From positions 1,824,001-1,888,000 of the forward strand of contig OZ242326.1 in the NCBI GenBank assembly GCA_965208325.1: DNA of 64,000 nt. The letters run 5' to 3'. Below, piece by piece: positions 19,124-29,317 of the stretch. The stretch comes from Candidatus Poribacteria bacterium. GTDB taxonomy: Bacteria; Poribacteria; WGA-4E; PCPOR2b. Under the pieces are notes generated by a model. The model did not search any database. It was not told the DNA's origin and saw only the letters and a list, made by a program, of their open reading frames with translations. Made by a program: the position numbers and the translations under genes. Within the stretch, counting starts at the first letter, position 1. Each line of letters starts with the position of its first letter.

Positions 19124-21151
19124 CTAATGAGAGTGCCCCGCGTGCGAATGACCCCCTTCGGTAACCTTTACGTTTGCGCGTAACAACTGGTGCTGTCCGT
19201 GAATTACCACGCGCTCGCCCGCGGACAGACCGTCCTTTATCTCAATATACCGGTCATCGGCGGCACCTGCCGCGATTTCACGCTTCGTGTAAGTGGATCC
19301 GTGTTCGACGAAAACAAACCGGCTCCCAGCCTCTTCAATCACCGCATTCAACGGAACGCTCAAAACCGGCGCCGCTTTTTCGAGGACGATTGTCTGTTCT
19401 GCGAACATCCCCGGCTTGAGCTGATGGGCCGGATTTGCCACCTCCGCCCAAAATTGGACGGTGCGTTTATCGGGATCCATTTCATCTGAAATGTGGGAGA
19501 TTTTACCGGTGAAAGTCGTATCGGGATACGCCGGTACGCGAATGCGTACCAAGCGGCCCGTCTGGAAATTTTCCTGAATGACTGCGAGCGCGCTTTCATA
19601 CGCGTCGCCTTCAACCCAGACGATGTCGGTGTCCAGTATTGAGAAGAGTATATCACTTTTTTCAACCGTGGCGCCGAGTGTCACGTGTTGGTTGACGATT
19701 TGTCCAGAAGCCGGCGCCTTGACGTAGAAAGTTGGTGATGGCTGACCGGTTTGCGCAATCTTTTCAATTTCGGCGGGTGTGAGTCCGGACACTTGAAGTT
19801 TTTGGCGAATTTTGTTCAAAGTGATTACAGCACTGCGCAGTTCATCTTCAATGTTAAGCATTCCTTCCAATGCTTCCGAACTGGCTACGAAGGCGAGGTA
19901 AATTTCAATCAATTCCTCAGCGGATAATTCGTCGAAAGACACAATTGAACCGGTTTCAGCCAGAGTGTCAAGAAGTGATTCACGCAAGCCTGCAGCCAGT
20001 GCGCGCTGTTTGTTTGCCGCAACCTTGATAGCCGCAATGTTGTACGCCGCAATGGCATCAACCAACTCCGCCCCTGCCTCACTGAGCATGGCGAATTTAC
20101 CAAGCAAGAATTCGCCATCACGCTCCGCCTTCAAATCTGAGTCTAATGTTTCTAAATTTAGCAGCGAAAGGATTGGGGTTTCTCCTCCGTCCATAAGGAT
20201 ATTTTCCAGTGACTGCCCGCTGAATCCGAGGATTTGGAATTGCCGCTTCGCGTCTGCCAGTTCAATTTTCCCTTTCCGGTATTCTGCCTGCTGCGCCACC
20301 AAGTCCTTTTGCGCCGAGATACGCTTTTCCGCAAGGGTTTCTGTCCTGTTGAGTGTAGCCTTTAGCAATCTGAGTTCAACGTCCGCTTTGACTAATCTGA
20401 AACGCATCTGTTCCAACACGGAGGTGGTCTTCGCTACAGCAAGAACATTTCGTTTATCAACTGCAGTTTTCATCTGTTTCAACTCGGATAGCGATTCCAA
20501 GTAATCAATTTGTCGAGTTTGCAATTCGCGGCGAATCTGCTTGGCGAAAACTTCCGTCAATCTCCCTAATTCATCGACTAAAGATTTCTGTTGAGCCTCC
20601 GCTTCAATGAGTTCAATCTGCACCATCTGCAGGTCAAGGCTTTCTAATTCAACTAATACATCCCCCTTCTTTAGTGAGTCACCGAGACTAAAATGGATGC
20701 GCTTTACAATCCCGCCGATTCTAGGTGTGATAACGCTCCGCCTACCGGGGTGAGCGATTACATTGCCGGAAACGTGTACACCCTTCTCAATTGTGCGGAC
20801 ATCAGTCTCGGCTGTTTTCAAACCGATGTTGGCTTTTGCTTTATCGGTAAGGGTCACCGTGTTTTCTTGGCTGTGCGCATGACCTGCGTGTTCGCTGTGA
20901 GGGTGTCCATGCGTGGGAGTGGCATGTTCATCGTGGGAGTGGCCGTGATCGTCTTTTGCATGTGAGTGATTCGCGTGTTCGCCGTGCGAGTGACCATGAT
21001 TTGACGTGTTGTGCGTGTGATCCCCACTTCCCTCATGGACACCTTCACCTTGCGCCCAAATAAATGTTCTAGCGGCATTAAATGAAACCAAACATCCTGT
21101 CACGATACCAGTGATTGCCACAATTCGTGCGAGACGAGAGCTACGCAGCAT
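19124..21151 (-). CDS. czcB: RND periplasmic adaptor (CzcB/CusB family), His-rich termini, elongated helical region
   Basis: PRIGGIVKRIHFSLGDSLKKGDVLVELES, APASGQIV...GATV, NPAHQLKPGMF; lies between czcC and czcA. Confidence 0.9.
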   Translation of the reverse strand: MLRSSRLARIVAITGIVTGCLVSFNAARTFIWAQGEGVHEGSGDHTHNTSNHGHSHGEHANHSHAKDDHGHSHDEHATPTHGHPHSEHAGHAHSQENTVTLTDKAKANIGLKTAETDVRTIEKGVHVSGNVIAHPGRRSVITPRIGGIVKRIHFSLGDSLKKGDVLVELESLDLQMVQIELIEAEAQQKSLVDELGRLTEVFAKQIRRELQTRQIDYLESLSELKQMKTAVDKRNVLAVAKTTSVLEQMRFRLVKADVELRLLKATLNRTETLAEKRISAQKDLVAQQAEYRKGKIELADAKRQFQILGFSGQSLENILMDGGETPILSLLNLETLDSDLKAERDGEFLLGKFAMLSEAGAELVDAIAAYNIAAIKVAANKQRALAAGLRESLLDTLAETGSIVSFDELSAEELIEIYLAFVASSEALEGMLNIEDELRSAVITLNKIRQKLQVSGLTPAEIEKIAQTGQPSPTFYVKAPASGQIVNQHVTLGATVEKSDILFSILDTDIVWVEGDAYESALAVIQENFQTGRLVRIRVPAYPDTTFTGKISHISDEMDPDKRTVQFWAEVANPAHQLKPGMFAEQTIVLEKAAPVLSVPLNAVIEEAGSRFVFVEHGSTYTKREIAAGAADDRYIEIKDGLSAGERVVIHGQHQLLRANVKVTEGGHSHAGHSH

Positions 21152-21237
21152 TTTCTTTCTCCTTGTCCTTTTTGGATAAAAAAATCCTTCAATATTGACT
21201 CACAAGATGATCGGCGGCCGGCACAGTCTGTATTCTG

Positions 21238-22518
21238 TCAGCCTCCTATGCTGTTCGACTGTTGAAACATTTCTACGGAAATTCCGATTGCGGCTTCAAG
21301 TTCTATCAACGCCTTGTGGAACGCCGCCAGCGCGTCGAGGTGCGCGAACCGAATCTTGATAAACTCATTCTGAATTAGTATAACCTCTAAAATCCCGGTT
21401 TGACCTAATTCGTACGCGGCGCGCGTCAGTTTAAGATTTTCATTTAGCAAATCCAACATATCGCCTTCATAAAACTTGAGTTTTTTTTGCGCAGCCTTCA
21501 AAGAAATGAATGCCCCCATCACCTCGCGGGTAATTTGCCGTTCTTTGTTACTAATTTCGATGGCGTTGACCCCCTGTTCGGCTTTTACAACATCAATCTT
21601 GGCACGATTTCGGTCAAAAACCGGCAATTGAAATGAAAACTTTACACCGAATGCCCGCTCATCTGGGCTGCGCTGAGCTATACCTGCTATATTCAGGACG
21701 GGGATATTTGCAGATTTTGCCAGGCGAAGTTCCCTGTCAGTCAACTGCGCGTTTAATCGGAGCGACTTTAGGTCGCCTCGATTTGCCAGAGCGCGAGCCG
21801 TTAATGCGTCGAGTGTCAGGCTTTGAAGCTGGTTCAGCGGCATCTTTTCTGACAAACTCACGACTGCGATAGGTACTGCTTCAAGTGAGGCGCCCATCAG
21901 ATTGTTGATTTCAAGTTGTGCGAGCTGCAATTCGCCCTCTAATGCAGCCGCGCCGCGCAGCGCCGCTTGCAATTGAACCCTCGCCAGATTTAGCTGTGTT
22001 ACCGAAATGTCTCCTGTTTCAAATTGAACCTGAGCGATGTTACGCATGCGTTCGTAGTGCTGAATGACTGCTTCGGTCAGTTTTAGTTTCTCTTGGACAA
22101 GCGCCAAATCGTAAAAACCGAGTTTCACCGACGTAGTAAGCAACCGGGATGCATCTGCGAGCTCAGCATTCACCTTTTCAAGTAAAATATTTGCGATTCG
22201 TTTCCGGTGTCCGTGCTGCCCACCGAGTTCAAAGGGTTTTGATAGTTCAAATACCTGATCACCATCTATCCCCCCAACAAACTCGGTTTCCAGTTCAGGG
22301 TTGCCGAGCAACGCAATGCCATCAATTCGGGCACGGGCGACCTTGAGTCTCTCACGAATCGCGCTAAGTTCCGGGTTGTCACGCAGCGCCGTCTGGATTG
22401 CAGTATCAAGCGCAATTTTGCCTTCCCCCTCCGAAAAGGCAGCTGGAATTTTCACGGTGCTTAATATGAATAGGTACATGCTCACCATTATGAGAATGCG
22501 GCTAGGTGTGGTTTTCAT
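21238..22518 (-). CDS. czcC: Outer-membrane efflux protein (CzcC/TolC family)
   Basis: Signal peptide, ALRDNPEL, FELGGQ...R, LPVFDRNR, YELGQTGILEV. Confidence 0.9.
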   Translation of the reverse strand: MKTTPSRILIMVSMYLFILSTVKIPAAFSEGEGKIALDTAIQTALRDNPELSAIRERLKVARARIDGIALLGNPELETEFVGGIDGDQVFELSKPFELGGQHGHRKRIANILLEKVNAELADASRLLTTSVKLGFYDLALVQEKLKLTEAVIQHYERMRNIAQVQFETGDISVTQLNLARVQLQAALRGAAALEGELQLAQLEINNLMGASLEAVPIAVVSLSEKMPLNQLQSLTLDALTARALANRGDLKSLRLNAQLTDRELRLAKSANIPVLNIAGIAQRSPDERAFGVKFSFQLPVFDRNRAKIDVVKAEQGVNAIEISNKERQITREVMGAFISLKAAQKKLKFYEGDMLDLLNENLKLTRAAYELGQTGILEVILIQNEFIKIRFAHLDALAAFHKALIELEAAIGISVEMFQQSNSIGG

Positions 22519-22735
22519 GCGTGATGTTCTCCTCCAAGTGGAATGGACAGATAGACCTATATTTTATTCCGTACGTTTGGGGCTGTCAACCGCTGCGGGA
22601 TTCTACTGAACGCCGCTGTTGCGCCTACATACAGAACGACGCACGGTTGAATAAGGCTCATCAAGGCAGCCCACCGCACAATTTGTGATTAAGCCAGAAG
22701 CGATGAAACCTGCGGGTAGATTTTATGAAATAAGT

Positions 22736-23167
22736 TCAAATGAGGAGGGTTGAAATACGAAGGGATACTAGTGTTGAATTGATTAACGCCGGTGCGTGGA
22801 AAGACGGCGTGCAGATTGGAATAGTAGGGAAAGGCGGTTGAGATGCCGTTAGACCGACAGCGGAAACCGCGTGGAGAGATTGCATGTCTTTGGCGGGAAT
22901 GACATGTGGGTGTTTGTCTAAGGGGAAAAAGATGGCGAGATCGACACATGAATCACAGTGGTAAGTTTCCGATGCCGCTTCAGCGTGCATAACATCTTCT
23001 TCCGAGTCAAAAGGGTGGTTGTCGGTACACCGCCCGTTAGCACCCACTTCAAGTTCGACGTGATCGTCCGAACCGATACACAGCACATAGTTGGACAGCG
23101 ACACCGGTGTGGCAACGATATAAAGAAGTAACCAAATCAGAGGGATGGGCGTGCCCTTCTTAAACAT
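22736..23167 (-). CDS. Cys/His-containing hypothetical protein leading czcCBA (possible leader peptide)
   Basis: Hydrophobic N-terminus, LCIGSDDHVELE, HCDSCVD, ends SLRISTLLI*; GGAG RBS. Confidence 0.65.
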   Translation of the reverse strand: MFKKGTPIPLIWLLLYIVATPVSLSNYVLCIGSDDHVELEVGANGRCTDNHPFDSEEDVMHAEAASETYHCDSCVDLAIFFPLDKHPHVIPAKDMQSLHAVSAVGLTASQPPFPTIPICTPSFHAPALINSTLVSLRISTLLI

Positions 23168-23568
23168 AAGAAAAAGACTCCATTCTGGTTGACTTGGTAA
23201 ATGGCTAAAGATTCAGTGATACTCATTTCGACGGCGGTTGTTGAAGGCGCGGCTGGACGCACAGGTCGTGTTTATCTTGAATTATAGATCGATGTCGTCA
23301 TTGGTCAAGAACAACAAGTACACAGGGCTCGGAATGAAATCTCTAAATCCCGCTTGTGTGCATTTTCATGGATTTCCGCTCGTTTCAATGTAAACGTTAC
23401 ATGAGCAACGGTGTTGAACACAGCTGTAACGGATCGCGGATTGGCGCTGATGGCCACATGACAACCCACTCCCGATGGAGGTTGACAGGTTAGTAAAAAA
23501 TTTGGAATACTCGTGGTTTTGAAGGCTACGAATACAAGCAGTTCCGGTTTTTATGTTCACAATTAAAG

Positions 23569-24876
23569 TTAGCATCTTTGTAAGCGTTCAAAGAGCTTAA
23601 GCTGCCGATCCAAACACTCAGCTTGAGGGAAATATTGTGGTTCGTAATTTCGGGTTTCGTTCCATGTAGCATAAACACAGTATTCAAAAAGCTCTTTTTT
23701 GCTATTGCGTTTCCTAACGACCTTGCTACCAATATTCGTGAATCCAAGAGATCTCAAAGAATCCTCAAGTAGCTTCTCCGTATGAACTTGCACACCGTAG
23801 AAGCTAGAGTTTCCCACAATGTATGCCAAAACTGCGCCTTTCTTCAGGCTTTTTCGCAAATTCTGTAGATGCAGGTGCATGTCATGGAAATATTTCCAAA
23901 CATAATTTGCCATTAGTAAGGCATTCTTTTTTTTCGTTTCCAAAATTTGGCAAACAACAATGTCCAATGATTTCGGGAGTTCACGTTCTTTTGATGTCCA
24001 ATCTTGAAGCCTGCTAGTTGCAACACCCCAGGTTCCGCCAATTGCCTTCCAATCCAATTCACCCGCTTCCCTAGCGGAGTCAAGAAACTTCGTCCAGTAC
24101 ATGTACGGGCGAAGTTCACGAATATAACTTATGCGGTTGGGATATGGCGGAGATGTGATAACGTATGAATATCTCACATTATTGATTGATACTGGCGCCC
24201 GTGAATCCTCAAAATGCACAGACGCAGAACCAGATATTTCATCACCAGCACTTTCGATGATTGATTTTGATATTTTTCCATACAATGCCCCAATTTGCTC
24301 AATTTTATAAGTCACTACTTCATTTTGAAACGACATGGAAACATGGTTGAATGCCGCCGAAGATGTTTCAATTATTAAGCGACAAAATGCAATCCACGCC
24401 AAATTAGCAACATGGTTTTCTTTCGGTTCTCCAAACTGATTAACAAGCGCCTCACGAAATGCAGCAAGCGCTGACAAAGTATGGCCGCACCACCACCGCG
24501 TAATATTATGTATTTCGGGTATCCAGTTGTCTCCGTTCGCAATCTTTTTGCAATCGGCAAGGACTTTAATGTTTTCTAATTTCAGCCATTCCAACTCAGC
24601 ACTTGAGTAGTTCCGGCATTTGGCATTTCCAAACCAAATGAGAAATGGGTTTATATCAAGACAATGTGCAGATAGCCCATGTTCCGCAGCGACCAATCCG
24701 CTTGTAGCTGTCCCAGAAAAAGGATCGAGAATAAACGCATCCTCGGGGACACTATCAATAATCTCCTTTACTAGCTTGACCGAATAAGCGGGCGTCAAAC
24801 GTAGCCACCCATGCCTGCCGAGTTTATTGTTGTATTTGAATGTATAGTCTGACCGTTGCTGAAATCTCTCGTTCAT
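23569..24876 (-). CDS. Type II amino-DNA methyltransferase (likely N4-cytosine, alpha motif order)
   Basis: Motif I LDPFSGTAT precedes motif IV ITSPPY; ATGA overlap with upstream gene. Confidence 0.9.
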   Translation of the reverse strand: MNERFQQRSDYTFKYNNKLGRHGWLRLTPAYSVKLVKEIIDSVPEDAFILDPFSGTATSGLVAAEHGLSAHCLDINPFLIWFGNAKCRNYSSAELEWLKLENIKVLADCKKIANGDNWIPEIHNITRWWCGHTLSALAAFREALVNQFGEPKENHVANLAWIAFCRLIIETSSAAFNHVSMSFQNEVVTYKIEQIGALYGKISKSIIESAGDEISGSASVHFEDSRAPVSINNVRYSYVITSPPYPNRISYIRELRPYMYWTKFLDSAREAGELDWKAIGGTWGVATSRLQDWTSKERELPKSLDIVVCQILETKKKNALLMANYVWKYFHDMHLHLQNLRKSLKKGAVLAYIVGNSSFYGVQVHTEKLLEDSLRSLGFTNIGSKVVRKRNSKKELFEYCVYATWNETRNYEPQYFPQAECLDRQLKLFERLQRC

Positions 24877-25676
24877 TTCTCAGCATTCCGTAGTGTGTCT
24901 AATACATCATGTATTTCTTTCTTGATTCTCGTTGTGTGATGTTTGAAGAAACCCGCTAAGTCGTACGTTAAAACTTGTTCACAGAATGCATACAAGGATA
25001 CGTTATTGTTTCCGCAAGTCGTACCGATGAGAATCCCGCAACGATTGTTACGGTATCTTAAAACGATATCAGCGTCAATTTGAGAAGAAAAAACTGCAAA
25101 CACAGGTAAGTAATTGTTTGCCCATGCGACTGTAGCGTTGTCAATGTCCGCATTTTGACGTTTAGAATCTTTGCTCTTGTAGCCCTGTCGAACTTCAAAA
25201 ACAATTCCGCTAGTGGGTTCGGAAACTTCACCCAATTCCGAGCAATACCGCTCTGTCCACTGCTTAACGTTGGTCAGTACCCGTTTATTTTGGATCTCTG
25301 AAAGTTCTAATCTGCCATCTAGAGATAACTTCTTCAATTTCCCGGAAGGTGTTTTGGCAGTGTACGACCATGTGGCGAACTCAGCATTTTTGTAACCAGT
25401 CGTATCCACCAGCACTGCGCGAAATAACCGTTCGCAGCCAATCCCAATCTGGCGGTACACAGAAGTCATCCCACCCGCAAGGCGGTGGGCGGCATACATA
25501 AGATCGGTATCAAGGCCGGTCCATGAATAGAAAGGATCTGAACTGTAAAGTGTCTTGAACTCGTTCAGAGAAAATCCTTCTTCTTTGTTCGCATGACCGA
25601 ATTTTGGTCGGTATCGTTTGCACCTCTGAATTGGGTCCAAAAATGTATCAAGGTATCGTCCTTCGTCTCTCGTCAC
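24873..25676 (-). CDS. Putative type II restriction endonuclease
   Basis: Coupled to the MTase; PD-(D/E)xK-like 'LSLDGRL...VFEVRQGYKSKDSKRQ'; low GC. Confidence 0.7.
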   Translation of the reverse strand: MTRDEGRYLDTFLDPIQRCKRYRPKFGHANKEEGFSLNEFKTLYSSDPFYSWTGLDTDLMYAAHRLAGGMTSVYRQIGIGCERLFRAVLVDTTGYKNAEFATWSYTAKTPSGKLKKLSLDGRLELSEIQNKRVLTNVKQWTERYCSELGEVSEPTSGIVFEVRQGYKSKDSKRQNADIDNATVAWANNYLPVFAVFSSQIDADIVLRYRNNRCGILIGTTCGNNNVSLYAFCEQVLTYDLAGFFKHHTTRIKKEIHDVLDTLRNAEK

Positions 25677-26185
25677 ATCATCCTCAATGCGAGTTTTTGT
25701 ATTCGTTTAACTGACATAGCTAACTGCAGAATAGGGAAAACCTGTTTGAAACTTGTTCAATCGCTTTAATCCTAAAGCCAATTCCGAGCTAATTCATAAT
25801 GACCGTAGTCAATTCCAACACCAATTCGCCGATTAATGTGCACCTCGACTACGTAGGCCATTAAATTCTCCTGTAAACAGATCGGGTTGACAAGTGTCTC
25901 CATTGATTATATACACACCTACTTCCTCAAATAAAGGCGCGACTCTGAAATGAGTGTGTCTATCCAATTCTGAAATTTGCATACCAGGCAGTTTCCCAAT
26001 CTGGTTACAGTTGAACCCATTAAAGGGTTTAGCGGGTTGCTTCATCCCTGAATATATTACATCAGATTTACCCCCGGTTGTCAATGATTCCTTCTGCACA
26101 TGCACAATTCCGCCTTACGAAATCAATCCTCACTTCAAACTCCTTCAAGACGTCCGTATCGTAGCACACAATGAATTAGGCGACT

Positions 26186-26959
26186 TTAGGATTTACGAAG
26201 TTTGAGTGAATCTGCTTTTAAACGATCGAGCTCAAGATGGTAGATGCCGACAAGTATATCGCCCTCAAACTTTTGCCCAACACGAAAGGTGCCGCGAAGC
26301 GAAATTGGCACATCTTGATAACTGCGGATTTTCTTTTTTTGCGGAACCTCTACATACACCCATTCGTTAAGGAGCGGGATTGCGCCGAAACAGCATGCCA
26401 TTTGGTCTTTGAGCAACACGAAAGTTCGAACGTTATCGAATTCACCTTCAAGCGGCAACATGAACCCTTCAATCTCAATTTTCGACCCGTTCAACGCTCT
26501 GATTTGCGGCGGAATTTCTTCGTCTAGGTTCAGCGCGGAGACGTATTCCGGATCGTCCAATCTAGCCCAGTTCGGCTCCCTGATTCGAAAGCTAGTGAGG
26601 GTGTCAAAGGTCAGTGATTCATAATCGCCCGTGCGCTTGCCGCTCCGTTGACTTTCAACTCTTGGCGGCTGGGAGTCCGGCACCGCGCCCGGCTGTAAAT
26701 CCACGCTGATCTCCGGTGTGGTGTTCACCTCCTCGCGCGGATTGGCATCGCCAGATTCTGCGACCGCCAGCGGGGCACCCTGCACCTCAAAACGTCCAGC
26801 GTTCGACGCTGATTGCTCGCTTACCTTCCTAAGGGCGCGAATCGGATGTGGTTCCGGTAACATTTGAGAAAGACCGAGCGCCAGCGCAACAACAACTACA
26901 CTCGTAATTGCAAAAGGAAGCCAAGAGCTTCGTCGTTTCTCCGTTTTAAGCTGCTTCAT
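26186..26959 (-). CDS. DUF3299 domain protein (ZrgD-like OB fold)
   Basis: LNGSKIEIEGFMLPLE...FVLLKDQMACCFGAIPLLNEWVYV; N-terminal TM. Confidence 0.8.
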   Translation of the reverse strand: MKQLKTEKRRSSWLPFAITSVVVVALALGLSQMLPEPHPIRALRKVSEQSASNAGRFEVQGAPLAVAESGDANPREEVNTTPEISVDLQPGAVPDSQPPRVESQRSGKRTGDYESLTFDTLTSFRIREPNWARLDDPEYVSALNLDEEIPPQIRALNGSKIEIEGFMLPLEGEFDNVRTFVLLKDQMACCFGAIPLLNEWVYVEVPQKKKIRSYQDVPISLRGTFRVGQKFEGDILVGIYHLELDRLKADSLKLRKS

Positions 26960-26975
26960 CGCATTCGCCTCCTAA

Positions 26976-27509
26976 CTAATGGTGATGATGTTCACCGTGC
27001 CCACCCTCGTTGCCTTCGGGAAAATCAAAATCAACGTCAGTGAAGTGCTGCCCCTTCACCGAAATTGACGTGATTTGCGCGTGAAAATCCGTCACGCCCT
27101 TGAGCACGTCGGATTGTCCCTCATATTGAGAGGTATCACCTTCGGTTTCTCCTGTTAAAACGTTTGCAGCGGCTTTGAGTTGCAAAGTAATTGACTGCCC
27201 AGATTTCAACCGATTTAATTTGAGTTCGATGGTGTTCTGCGTGAGGCGCACCGGTTTTTCCGCCTCGCTATCTAGGACATAACCAGTGAGTTTTCCGGTT
27301 GATTCTTCCAGCACAAATTCGAGGTGCGCGAACTCTTTGCCCAACACCACGAGTGCTCCACCGTGCGGCGCCGTATGATGATGGTCGGCGTGTGTTCCAT
27401 GTGTCTCACTCTGATTACCGTGGTGAGCGTCTTTTTTCTCACAACCGAATTGGACAAATGCAATTGTAAAAATTGTCATCAATGTCACGATGGTTTTTTG
27501 GAATTTCAT
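26976..27509 (-). CDS. His-rich metal-binding lipoprotein
   Basis: Lipobox QFGC; HADHHHTAPHGGALV...AHLEFV; C-terminal GHGEHHH. Confidence 0.8.
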   Translation of the reverse strand: MKFQKTIVTLMTIFTIAFVQFGCEKKDAHHGNQSETHGTHADHHHTAPHGGALVVLGKEFAHLEFVLEESTGKLTGYVLDSEAEKPVRLTQNTIELKLNRLKSGQSITLQLKAAANVLTGETEGDTSQYEGQSDVLKGVTDFHAQITSISVKGQHFTDVDFDFPEGNEGGHGEHHHH

Positions 27510-27632
27510 GATGGTTTTTCCTACTCCAAATTTGAGTTAATGGAAACGTCAAATTCTTCGTTATGATTCAGACGTTCCCACACGTTTATGTGGTATCCTT
27601 AGCATATGGATATGCGTCCAAAGGTGAACTCA

Positions 27633-27767
27633 ATGATTAAGGACTCGCCCATGGTTGAAGAAATTCGCCGCATCAGGTGTGCCCTTTCGGCGCAATTTGA
27701 CCGTGATGTGGATAAATATATTTACTACTTGACAAAGGGAACAACGGGGCAAACGGACCTCGTGTAA
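27633..27767 (+). CDS. Small 44-aa protein resembling 'DPIVEEVRRIR' partners of PIN toxins (orphan; absent from ORF track)
   Basis: AAGGTGA RBS; MIKDSPMVEEIRRIRCALSAQFDRDVDKYIYYL... Confidence 0.45.
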   Translation: MIKDSPMVEEIRRIRCALSAQFDRDVDKYIYYLTKGTTGQTDLV

Positions 27768-27945
27768 CTACGGCCGGAATCCCCACCGAATGAGACACAA
27801 GACACGTACGATAAGGGTTAGCTAATTGGCGTTATCGTCATTTGGGTTCATATTTGCACAAGGAGAGATTGACTGATTGATAATCAAGGCTAGGAAGCCT
27901 CTCCCACAAACCAATGCGTAAATGTATAATTTTTAGTTGCAATGC

Positions 27946-29199
27946 CTATAAGTTTGCCGCAACATCCGTCCGATACGCTTTGACGGCGGGCAAAACGCCC
28001 GCAACTGCCCCTAAGATTATAACACAAACTGGTGCGATGATAAACGCAGGATGAAAACTTAACAGGTCCAATACGATTCCGGTTTGTGCACGAACAATCG
28101 CCGACGCTGCCGTGAAGATTATTCCGTAAACGATGAAACCAATGACGACGCCCATTGCGGCGATAGATGCGGCTTCCAACACGATTACGGAAAAAACCGT
28201 TTTCCGACGCGCACCGAGCGACCGCAAAATGGCGAACTCACGCCGCCGTTCGTTAATCGAATTATACACGCTTGCGAGAATTGAGCCTGCCGCCACCACA
28301 ACGACAAGATAGGAAACCAGCGCCAAAATTTGATTCATCCAACCAATTTTATCAAACAGTCTCGCCATCACCGCGCCTATCGGCCATGCGAGAGTTGCCG
28401 CCTTACCCTGTTTATTTATTGTGGCGTCCATCATGAAGCCAATCTGCGGATTGCGAAACTTCAGCATAACGGCACTGACCTCTTTGTGCTCGTCGGGAAT
28501 CTCTCGTCCTGGTTCAGCCACATAATCCTCCCCACTTCCGCGCAACACATGCCCCTCCATCCGGTAAATCCCTTCAATCGGAATCCAGATGACGCGGTCA
28601 GACGGAGAATTGGTCGGTTTAAGCACACCGACGACGGTATATTGCTCGTCATGCCGCATCGACTCATCAAATACTAATCCGTGATAGGGGTTAAAGTTAT
28701 CGCCTACCTTCAAGCCTAACTTATCCGCGGTGTAGCTGCCCAAAACCGCTTCTTGCCGAGCCGGATTGAAAAAACGTCCGCCGCCTTGAGTTTGAAACCG
28801 AACGCCATCACGGTACTCAAACTCTGTGAATAACGTCCGCGTCGTGCCGACGATGCGGAATCCGTGATAGTTGTCTCCGAGTGCGTAAGGCACGGCGAGT
28901 TCGACGCGAGGGTCGTCTCTCATCGCCTGATACATCGCCCATGGTATATTGCCGGGTGAGGTTTCGAGATGAAAGACAGTGTTCAATACCAGTTGCAGCG
29001 GACTGCCGCGCGCACCGAGAACCGCATCAAAGCCGATCTGACCGCCCGTGAATGCGGCTACAGATTGCGCCTTGATGCCGATGACTGCCATGACGAGTCC
29101 GGTTCCGAGCGCTATCGACAGCGCAGCGATAAGCGTCGATAGGGCGTGTTGCCGCAGGCTGCGTCGAACGATGAATAACAAACTCATGCGCTTTTTCAT
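27946..29199 (-). CDS. ABC transporter permease, FtsX/MacB type (ZrgC-like)
   Basis: VLGARGSPLQLVLNTVFHL, SINERRREFAILRSLGA, LPAVKAYRTDVA. Confidence 0.9.
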   Translation of the reverse strand: MKKRMSLLFIVRRSLRQHALSTLIAALSIALGTGLVMAVIGIKAQSVAAFTGGQIGFDAVLGARGSPLQLVLNTVFHLETSPGNIPWAMYQAMRDDPRVELAVPYALGDNYHGFRIVGTTRTLFTEFEYRDGVRFQTQGGGRFFNPARQEAVLGSYTADKLGLKVGDNFNPYHGLVFDESMRHDEQYTVVGVLKPTNSPSDRVIWIPIEGIYRMEGHVLRGSGEDYVAEPGREIPDEHKEVSAVMLKFRNPQIGFMMDATINKQGKAATLAWPIGAVMARLFDKIGWMNQILALVSYLVVVVAAGSILASVYNSINERRREFAILRSLGARRKTVFSVIVLEAASIAAMGVVIGFIVYGIIFTAASAIVRAQTGIVLDLLSFHPAFIIAPVCVIILGAVAGVLPAVKAYRTDVAANL

Positions 29200-29317
29200 T
29201 TTTCCACGTGAATATTGTGCCGCAGGATTTTCAGTACGGTGTCACATGTTCGTGCTCAATGCGGGATTCGGATATGCACACTCGCCGGCTGATGCGGCGG
29301 GCGCATTTTTTATGCGA

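Noticed and set aside
25833..26105. 90-aa ORF upstream of the REase (controller protein or MTase fragment?)
   Set aside because: No HTH or MTase motif recognisable; may be decayed sequence
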